From IMG/VR virus record IMGVR_UViG_648276670_000007, positions 1-5,691 of that record: a stretch of DNA of 5,691 bases; one strand, written 5' to 3'. Source of the DNA: a virus (Duplodnaviria > Heunggongvirae > Uroviricota > Caudoviricetes). This document shows positions 1-5,691 of the stretch, one piece after another. Each line of letters starts with the position of its first letter. Position 1 is the stretch's first letter. The notes beneath the pieces were generated by a model that was not told the origin of the DNA, searched no databases, and worked only from the letters and a program-made list of their open reading frames with translations. Both the position numbers and the translations under genes were made by a program.

Positions 1-390
1 TTACTCTTTTTTCTCCGTATCTACATCGGGTTCATCAGCAAATAGCTTGCCCTGCATCCGATCCAGTTCTTCTTTTCTTACCCGCTTAACCACGCTGTAG
101 ACCCACTGAAGCGAAACACCAAATTTGCGGGCCAGTTCATGGTGATTACGTCCGTTAAACTCCCTGAAGATTTCCCGGTCGCGCTGACTGACCTTCCATA
201 CCATGCCCATCGGGAAATAAACGTTTTGCCCGCCCCAGACCTGCATCATGCGGTTCGCGACGGCCTGACCAATCTGGTCGGCAATTGCGGGCTCAATATC
301 AATAATCTCGCGAACGGTCTCAGAGGTATGCTGTGCCAGTTCCACCAGGAGTTCCGGCCCTTTACTTCGAAACTGATTCAGGTCGCTCAT
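1..390 (-). CDS. mor: Mor/C-family transcriptional activator (middle operon regulator) of a Mu-like phage, complete 129 aa
   Basis: ATG at 390 with GGAG 6 nt upstream, TAA stop at 1-3. The C-terminal part (YFPMG...RDREIFREFNGRNHHELARKFGVSLQWVYSVVKR) matches the Mor/C family HTH signature as I recall it. Sits immediately after a GemA-like gene, as in Mu. Overlaps the gemA 3' end by 29 nt. Confidence 0.85.
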   Translation of the reverse strand: MSDLNQFRSKGPELLVELAQHTSETVREIIDIEPAIADQIGQAVANRMMQVWGGQNVYFPMGMVWKVSQRDREIFREFNGRNHHELARKFGVSLQWVYSVVKRVRKEELDRMQGKLFADEPDVDTEKKE

Positions 391-814
391 GTTTTACTCC
401 CGCAGCTCTGCGCTGCCACTTCTTCAGTTTCTCAATAACACTGCTTGCCTGTTCAGTATTGAGCCAGCGCAGGGCGCTGATGCCCGTTTCCCGCTTGATC
501 CACCGCGCTAATGCATTTTCTGAACGGTCACGAACAATGCCGGCAGCAGCCATTTCAAGCCATAGCGCACGGATTTTCCTGGATTGCGGATGGTTATCCA
601 GCGGTAAACCGGAGCTGGCTTTTCCTGCAGGCCTAACGCGAAAGCCTTTCCTTTTCATGGATTCCAGCACGCAGTTTAGTTGTGTGGTATCCATTCCTTT
701 GGTTGAGGCTTTACCGGTCAGCCCCTGTAACATCTGGCGGTAGGTGTCTTCATCCATACCCAGTTCATTACGGGCAATATGAATGAGCTGGATAAGACGT
801 TGTTTAGTCATCAT
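362..814 (-). CDS. gemA: GemA-like (Mu gp16, DUF1018) regulatory protein
   Basis: N-terminal TKQRLIQLIHIARNELGMDEDTYRQML resembles the GemA/gp16 family signature. Start chosen at ATG 814 because AAGGAG lies 5 nt upstream; the longest ORF starts at ATG 853 but has no SD. TAA stop at 362-364. Confidence 0.75.
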   Translation of the reverse strand: MMTKQRLIQLIHIARNELGMDEDTYRQMLQGLTGKASTKGMDTTQLNCVLESMKRKGFRVRPAGKASSGLPLDNHPQSRKIRALWLEMAAAGIVRDRSENALARWIKRETGISALRWLNTEQASSVIEKLKKWQRRAAGVKHERPESVSK

Positions 815-1019
815 CGTTGCTCCTTCTGCCTGCATCACCGATATAATCGACATATAAAGGAAGTGCCACAGGCCAGCACAGGAACATCACCGACCAGCTA
901 ATCCAGTAACCGGCACCACTGTAACGTGAATAAAACCCTGAACGGCGGTGCAGTTCAGCAGTACACCAACCGACAAAACAATACCAGAACAGGGCACATA
1001 CAACAGATTCAGTCGTCAT
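804..1019 (-). CDS. small hydrophobic (probable membrane) protein, about 71 aa
   Basis: Internal ATG at 1019 of the 804-1175 ORF, chosen because the longer form would overlap the neighbouring ORF by about 167 nt. Two hydrophobic segments (VVCALFWYCFVGW, YWISWSVMFLCWPVALPL) and an acidic C-terminus. A G-rich tract lies 9 nt upstream. Start is uncertain. Confidence 0.35.
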   Translation of the reverse strand: MTTESVVCALFWYCFVGWCTAELHRRSGFYSRYSGAGYWISWSVMFLCWPVALPLYVDYIGDAGRRSNDDD

Positions 1020-1239
1020 TCTGAATATCCCCCCAACTGATATGAATATTACGGGCAGCAATGACAGGGTCTTTATTCCACCATGCACCTGACATGTATT
1101 TTTCAACCTGTTCGCGTCCGGCAATAACACCAATTGTGATCCCCGGCCTGACGTTCTTAAAAAAGGCGCGGGCAAAAAGGTATCTGGCAGATATTCGGCA
1201 GGCTTTTAATTTCCGGCTGTTACCTGATAACGTAATCAT
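1009..1239 (-). CDS. hypothetical protein, 76 aa
   Basis: ATG at 1239 overlaps the TGA of the upstream gene (ATGA coupling), with GGAGG 4 nt upstream. No recognisable family. Confidence 0.4.
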   Translation of the reverse strand: MITLSGNSRKLKACRISARYLFARAFFKNVRPGITIGVIAGREQVEKYMSGAWWNKDPVIAARNIHISWGDIQNDD

Positions 1240-1919
1240 CTGGCCTCCAGTTTCTGCTGTTCCCGCCCACTGACCGGTCGGTGCAGTCTGACGTTCTGCC
1301 CTTCTCGAAACCCCGCATAGCGCGAGGCGTCGCCATTGCGACTTCTTCCCGGTTTACGCGCCCTGGTGGTTTGCGTCTGCGGGTATTTATGTTCCAGCCA
1401 CTGCTGCATCAGTTCACGTTCGTCATCGGTCAGGGCGAAGGACTGTATTTCACTGATAACGGCCAGCACCCAGCCTTCAGCAAACTGGTCTCCACGGCTG
1501 GTGCGGGTGGCGGTTTTTATTCTTTTGTTCTGTGCACTGATATACTGCTGACGCGCCTTTTTCAGCTGACGGGCCAGCACTTCCCAGGTGTACGCGGCCA
1601 GTGCGGCCCGTTCCCGGTTGCCGTAGAACCCCACACCCGGATATGTGCCGGGGTGAATGATGGAGTTAACACCAAATGCCTCGCGGATGATGTTCATCAG
1701 GCCCAGCATGTAGCGCGGCGGACGGAGGCTGCCTGTCGGCCAGTAGTGACTGATGGTTTCATCAATATCACTCATGGCGATGTCGGAATGTGTGATGCCG
1801 TGAACATCCATCAGTTTACGGGCGCGGCGCAGTGCCAGAGCAGCCTCATGCGGGTTGCCGGATGCTGCCAGCGCCAGCAACTTTTTCAGTTTCTCAATGT
1901 GCTTATCCTGGTCTGTCAT
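1236..1919 (-). CDS. DUF2786-like phage protein, 227 aa, with a basic Arg-rich C-terminal tail
   Basis: N-terminal HIEKLKKLLALAASGNPHEAALALRRARKLMDVHGI resembles the DUF2786 motif as I recall it; unverified. ATG at 1919 overlaps the stop of the upstream small ORF (ATGA). Confidence 0.5.
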   Translation of the reverse strand: MTDQDKHIEKLKKLLALAASGNPHEAALALRRARKLMDVHGITHSDIAMSDIDETISHYWPTGSLRPPRYMLGLMNIIREAFGVNSIIHPGTYPGVGFYGNRERAALAAYTWEVLARQLKKARQQYISAQNKRIKTATRTSRGDQFAEGWVLAVISEIQSFALTDDERELMQQWLEHKYPQTQTTRARKPGRSRNGDASRYAGFREGQNVRLHRPVSGREQQKLEAR

Positions 1920-2116
1920 TGTTCAGTATCTCCGGTATTTTTTTGCTGTTCCCATGCCCGAACAGCGTCGGACAGCTCTTTCAGGCTGTATGCTGCTTTA
2001 AGCTTTTCCCATAACCACTGCGTCACCACGTGGGTCAGCAGGGCAACCAGGGCGAATCCGGCGCAGATGCACACGGCTATACCAGTAAGCAGGAAAGCCC
2101 ATACCACAATTTCCAT
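1916..2116 (-). CDS. small single-pass membrane protein, about 66 aa
   Basis: Internal ATG at 2116, 7 nt after the stop of the upstream gene; the longer 1916-2353 form would overlap that gene by 230 nt in another frame. One clear TM segment (IVVWAFLLTGIAVCICAGFALVALL) followed by a charged C-terminal helix. Confidence 0.4.
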   Translation of the reverse strand: MEIVVWAFLLTGIAVCICAGFALVALLTHVVTQWLWEKLKAAYSLKELSDAVRAWEQQKNTGDTEQ

Positions 2117-2123
2117 AATGGTG

Positions 2124-2507
2124 TCAGTCACTGGTACCTCCTGTGGTGGTCTGGTCAGGTGCGGCGTGTGTCCTGTGGTATTTCCTGAACCAGTGGTACA
2201 GGGCAGCCAGTTTTCTGTCGATAACTTCAGTTTCCCTGTTGAAGTATTCCTGTGCCTCTTTCTCCTCTTGCGGCGGCAGTTCGCCCGGCCCACACAGGGT
2301 GTTGTAAATCCACGCCATGCCGTTCCTGGCATCACCGGTGGCCCGCCACTCAATCACTGCAGCTTTCATGACGACCAGATTGCGCCCGAAGTACAGGTCC
2401 ACCTCTTCAAATCTCTTGCGCAGGTATTCGTTTTCGTCTTCCAGTACCCGAATACGCTGTGCAGCATCTTCCGGCGTCAGTTGTGGCGTCTGTTCGGTGC
2501 GGTTCAT
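2124..2507 (-). CDS. hypothetical protein, 127 aa, acidic N-terminal region with coiled-coil character
   Basis: ATG at 2507 overlaps the stop of the MazG-like ORF (ATGA). No recognisable family. Confidence 0.55.
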   Translation of the reverse strand: MNRTEQTPQLTPEDAAQRIRVLEDENEYLRKRFEEVDLYFGRNLVVMKAAVIEWRATGDARNGMAWIYNTLCGPGELPPQEEKEAQEYFNRETEVIDRKLAALYHWFRKYHRTHAAPDQTTTGGTSD

Positions 2508-2806
2508 ATGATTTCTCCGGTGTATGTGACGCCCAGCCGTGCGGCAAGGCGTTCCAGTTTTTTCTGTTTGTGGAAGTCAATCAGCCGGTCCATTCCCTGA
2601 AGGCGCAGCTGCTCTGTCATGATTTCCACGTCTGCCAGCTCTGCCGCGAGGTCACTTTCGCTGCCCTGTCCGTTCAGGTTGCGGGCGGCACTGGCCGCCA
2701 GTTCAGCGGCCTCTTCTGTCAGTTTCAGGGCCTGTGCGTCCGGCCCGAAACGCTGCAGGGCCAGACGGTAGAGGGCGGTGCGGGTGAGTTCGGTGTTCCG
2801 TGTCAT
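2504..2806 (-). CDS. MazG-like nucleotide pyrophosphohydrolase domain protein, 100 aa
   Basis: Two acidic helices (LTEEAAELAASAAR and DLAAELADVEIMTEQL) resemble the metal-binding EExxE / ExxD motifs of small all-alpha MazG/HisE-type NTP pyrophosphatases. GAGGG lies 6 nt upstream of ATG 2806. Assignment is from motif recognition only. Confidence 0.5.
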   Translation of the reverse strand: MTRNTELTRTALYRLALQRFGPDAQALKLTEEAAELAASAARNLNGQGSESDLAAELADVEIMTEQLRLQGMDRLIDFHKQKKLERLAARLGVTYTGEII

Positions 2807-2815
2807 GCCGCGCCC

Positions 2816-3088
2816 TCAGTGTTTCCGGTCGACGGTGATGTTCAGGCCGCCTTCTGCAGTGGTTTCCACCCGGTACGGCACCTCGTGCTCTGCCGTGTGG
2901 GTGAGTGTGTTCATCAGTACCTGCAGGGCAGCCTCCTTTCCGTTGGTTGCCACAATGGCCTGCGTGGCCATGCTGATTAGCGCCGTCAGGACGTGCTTCA
3001 CATCGGTGAGGTCGCGGCATTCACACTCGTTGACATAGTGTTCAACAAGAGTTCGGGTGCGCTGTCGTGCTTCCTGTGGGGTAATCAT
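2816..3088 (-). CDS. hypothetical protein, 90 aa
   Basis: ATG at 3088 overlaps the TGA of the zinc-ribbon ORF (ATGA coupling). No recognisable family. Confidence 0.5.
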   Translation of the reverse strand: MITPQEARQRTRTLVEHYVNECECRDLTDVKHVLTALISMATQAIVATNGKEAALQVLMNTLTHTAEHEVPYRVETTAEGGLNITVDRKH

Positions 3089-3279
3089 TGCGCGTCCTCC
3101 CTGTCAGGGCGGGAGAATTCCATGACGGGCACGTCCGCCGAAAAATGCTGGCTGCAGTACGGACAGACCAGGGTGACACGTACTGCAGGTACGTGGTACT
3201 TACCGGACATCACGGCGATGGCGCTGTGAAAACGCAGGGCTGTTATATCCCTCTCGCACTGAATACATTTAAATATCAT
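3085..3279 (-). CDS. small zinc-ribbon protein, 64 aa (CxxC...CxxC)
   Basis: Cys pairs at residues 5/8 and 39/42 (CIQC ... CPYC). AGGAGA SD 8 nt upstream of ATG 3279. First gene after the gam-downstream intergenic region. Confidence 0.55.
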   Translation of the reverse strand: MIFKCIQCERDITALRFHSAIAVMSGKYHVPAVRVTLVCPYCSQHFSADVPVMEFSRPDREDAQ

Positions 3280-3297
3280 AATTTAATTCTCCTCTGT

Positions 3298-3334
3298 TTC
3301 CGGCGTGCAGAAGCCCACGGCGCTGACGCCGGAA
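3298..3334. promoter_or_regulatory. intergenic stem-loop (9-bp perfect stem TTCCGGCGT/ACGCCGGAA, 19-nt loop) between gam and the zinc-ribbon gene
   Basis: Inverted repeat read directly from the sequence. No U-run follows it on either strand, so it is not a canonical intrinsic terminator. It ends 4 nt before the SD of the downstream ORF and is flanked by an AT-rich tract (3335-3370). Confidence 0.4.
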
Positions 3335-3376
3335 TAAAAAAGAAAATGTTTTTATTAAATAATTAACGTGGTGTGT

Positions 3377-3907
3377 TTACTGCACATCCTGCTCAAAAGG
3401 AATTATTGAAAAATCCTCAATATCACTTTTTATGGTAATACCGGGAATATTTTTCACGGCGTCCTTTTCATTCAGGATAGCGTCTTTATTTATTTCCTCC
3501 TTTACACGGATAAAGCGCTCAAGCCCCAGACGTCTCAGTAATTCAATAACATTATCCGCCCCACGGATACTGACTGATGGCGGACGGTTTCGCCACTGCA
3601 CCTCGCCGGTGGTGAGGTTAGCGAACTTCACCTTCCCGTTGCCGGTCAGTTCATCACGGTGTGCCTCACACCATGTCTGAATACCGGACTGCAGTTCGGC
3701 CATGCGTTTTTTCAGGCTCTCGGTGAGCGGGGCATAACGTGCGGTGATATCGCCAATGGCGTCATTCATTTCTGTTTCAGCCCTGACCAGTTCACGGTGT
3801 GCGTCACCGAGCAGTCTGATGCCCTCAATGACCTCTTCACGTGTCCCCGGCACCCAGAGTGCTGCTGCGGCCTTGATACGTTTTGCACCTTTTGTACTTT
3901 TTGCCAT
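3377..3907 (-). CDS. gam: Gam-like host-nuclease inhibitor (Mu Gam family), 176 aa
   Basis: Size, position downstream of B, and motifs (MAKSTKGAKRIKAAAALWVP..., RPPSVSIRG..., GITIKSDIEDFSIIPFEQ) match Mu Gam as I recall it. ATG at 3907, TAA at 3377-3379. Confidence 0.8.
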   Translation of the reverse strand: MAKSTKGAKRIKAAAALWVPGTREEVIEGIRLLGDAHRELVRAETEMNDAIGDITARYAPLTESLKKRMAELQSGIQTWCEAHRDELTGNGKVKFANLTTGEVQWRNRPPSVSIRGADNVIELLRRLGLERFIRVKEEINKDAILNEKDAVKNIPGITIKSDIEDFSIIPFEQDVQ

Positions 3908-3934
3908 TTTTTATGATTTCTCCAGTTGTGCTGA

Positions 3935-4204
3935 TTACCACAAAGATTCCGGCCACACGACGCGACAGCCGTGCAGTTCGAAAACGCCCTGACGGAAATA
4001 TCCCCTGTGGTCATGTCCGGTATACAGATAACAGGCCTTTCCCTGCTCAAGCATGCGCATGCAATGCGCACTCCTGGAAACGCGGATGACAGGTTTGTTA
4101 CCCCTGATGGTGATGCTTTGTACATCCGTGTTCGTCGCCTTAAGCGCCATAATGGCTGACTGCACTTTACTGATTTGCTGGTTGATACCTGTGGTGGATT
4201 TCAT
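3935..4204 (-). CDS. hypothetical protein, 89 aa, in the position of Mu kil/cim
   Basis: ATG at 4204 lies 2 nt after the TAA of the B-like gene; GGGG lies 8 nt upstream. No recognisable family; the positional analogy is the only basis. Confidence 0.5.
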   Translation of the reverse strand: MKSTTGINQQISKVQSAIMALKATNTDVQSITIRGNKPVIRVSRSAHCMRMLEQGKACYLYTGHDHRGYFRQGVFELHGCRVVWPESLW

Positions 4205-4206
4205 TA

Positions 4207-5103
4207 TTAAACCCCTTTGACAACGTCAGCGTTGACCTGTGGAACCCCGATTTCAGCGGCCAGATTCATGGCGGCTATTACCAGGTTACTGACGGCCAGC
4301 GGATACAGCAGGCTGACCATATTTTTACGATGACTTCCCGGATTGCTCAGGCGGGTACGTATGGCATCCACTGCGCTGGCGTCCATAATGTCCGTCAGTT
4401 GTTTACCGGCCCGTTGCAGTTTGAACGTCAGAAATTCTTCAAGGTGATTGTCCAGAGGCAGAAGTTCGACCACCTCACAGCGCTGAACGACTTCGCGGAC
4501 TTCCATGTTGCGTTCAGACAGTTTTGTCGCCAGTTCCGGCTGGCCAATCAGCACGATGGACAGCAGTTTTTTGAAACCGGACTCCAGCTCAAAAAAGCGT
4601 TTGAGGTGTTTCAGTGTCGGAATGGGCAGACTGTGGGCCTCCTCAATCACCAGAACGTGGCTGAACCCCGCCTGGCTGCTGTCTTTCAGGACGCGATGCA
4701 ACTGGCGAAAGCGGGCGTCCTGACTGCGTCTGATGCTTTCCAGTGGCGCGATGGTACTGATAATGGCTTCGGCAATAGCTGCTGCCTTCAGGGTTTTCCC
4801 TTTCACATCGTTGTCTTCCATGGCAATGATGTATGGCTCGATAACAATTACCGGCGCATTCTCGCGGTTGATACGTTCAGTCAGGTCACGGCGCAGCGTG
4901 GATTTACCCGCACCGGACTCACCGATGACGGCCATAAACCCACCATGACGGGCTGTCTGGTACAACGCCTCACGCACGTAGCGAATGTCTGGTGTGGTGA
5001 ACACATCATCAGAACCCTGCATGGCTTCGTCGACGAACGGGTCACGGAAAAGACCAAACGCTTTTTTGGTTGCTGGAAATAACACCTGTTTTTTGAGTAA
5101 CAT
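4207..5103 (-). CDS. AAA+ ATPase, MuB/TniB-like transposition target-capture protein, 298 aa
   Basis: Walker A GESGAGKST at residues 61-69 and Walker B-like hhhhEE (HVLVIEEAH) at about 149-157. GAGGA SD 7 nt upstream of ATG 5103. Followed by kil-position and gam genes, as in Mu. The reading frame stays open for a further 42 codons upstream, up to a TGA at 5230-5232 (see findings). Confidence 0.8.
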   Translation of the reverse strand: MLLKKQVLFPATKKAFGLFRDPFVDEAMQGSDDVFTTPDIRYVREALYQTARHGGFMAVIGESGAGKSTLRRDLTERINRENAPVIVIEPYIIAMEDNDVKGKTLKAAAIAEAIISTIAPLESIRRSQDARFRQLHRVLKDSSQAGFSHVLVIEEAHSLPIPTLKHLKRFFELESGFKKLLSIVLIGQPELATKLSERNMEVREVVQRCEVVELLPLDNHLEEFLTFKLQRAGKQLTDIMDASAVDAIRTRLSNPGSHRKNMVSLLYPLAVSNLVIAAMNLAAEIGVPQVNADVVKGV

Positions 5104-5143
5104 ATTCTCTTCCTCACTGAGGCTCGTTTTATCTGTGGTACCC

Positions 5144-5175
5144 GCTGTACGGGGCGTGGCCGCGCCCTGTACAGC
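5144..5175. repeat. 32-bp GC-rich near-perfect palindrome (GCTGTACGGGGCGTGGCCGCGCCCTGTACAGC)
   Basis: 28 of 32 positions are self-complementary; the 4 mismatches are two T/G pairs that would be G-U wobbles in a plus-strand RNA. Lies 41-72 nt upstream of the B start codon, between B and the IS end. Confidence 0.6.
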
Positions 5176-5227
5176 ATCAAAACTCTTCGCTGTATCAATC
5201 CCCTGACTTTCCAGCCAGGACGCAAGA

Positions 5228-5691
<464 letters not shown>

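Noticed and set aside
804-1175. Longer versions of the two small membrane ORFs (804-1175 and 1916-2353)
   Set aside because: Each would overlap the upstream, better-supported gene by 167-230 nt in another frame. Internal ATG starts placed right after the upstream stop fit the operon's coupling pattern better. The starts remain uncertain.
1281-2600. Long plus-strand ORF (439 aa) spanning the middle of the window
   Set aside because: It is antisense to five tightly coupled minus-strand genes. The translation is Cys/Arg/Val-rich and low-complexity with no recognisable domain, which is typical of the reverse strand of coding sequence. No SD-like start context was found.
3298-3334. Hairpin after gam as a rho-independent terminator
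   Set aside because: No U-run follows the stem on either strand. The U-rich tract precedes it on the minus-strand transcript.
4330-5082. 250-aa plus-strand ORF
   Set aside because: It lies wholly antisense to the B-like ATPase gene, which has clear Walker motifs. It has no recognisable motifs and looks like an antisense artefact.
5144-5175. 32-bp palindrome as an IS terminal repeat or as a terminator
   Set aside because: It lies about 50 bp outside the inferred IS boundary, and an IS100-sized element cannot extend that far given the expected istA/istB lengths. No U-run flanks it. Kept as an unexplained palindrome rather than assigned.
5104-5227. Sigma70 promoter for B in the region between B and the IS
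   Set aside because: TTGATA/TTGATG hexamers are present on the minus strand (about 5193-5198 and 5175-5180), but neither has an acceptable -10 at 16-18 bp spacing. No promoter is called.

Overview
The window is the early (semi-essential) region of a Mu-like transposable prophage, encoded entirely on the minus strand and cut off at its upstream end by an IS21-family (IS100-like) insertion sequence. Reading the minus strand from high to low coordinates: a MuB-like AAA+ ATPase (4207-5103), a small kil-position ORF, a Gam-like host-nuclease inhibitor (3377-3907), a cassette of eight small tightly coupled ORFs (804-3279), then a GemA-like regulator (362-814) and the Mor middle-operon activator (1-390). 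The cassette includes a zinc-ribbon protein, a MazG-like NTP pyrophosphohydrolase, two small membrane proteins and a DUF2786-like protein. The 5' part of an IS21-family istA gene starts at 5314 on the plus strand and runs off the window. No transposase A, ner, repressor or phage end lies between B and the IS, so the prophage looks like a decapitated remnant. The small-ORF cassette between gam and gemA is the most likely place for undescribed anti-defence or host-takeover functions. All family assignments come from reading the translated ORFs and from recalled family signatures; no database search was run. No tRNA, rRNA or CRISPR array is visible, and the plus-strand ORFs across the phage region look like antisense artefacts.
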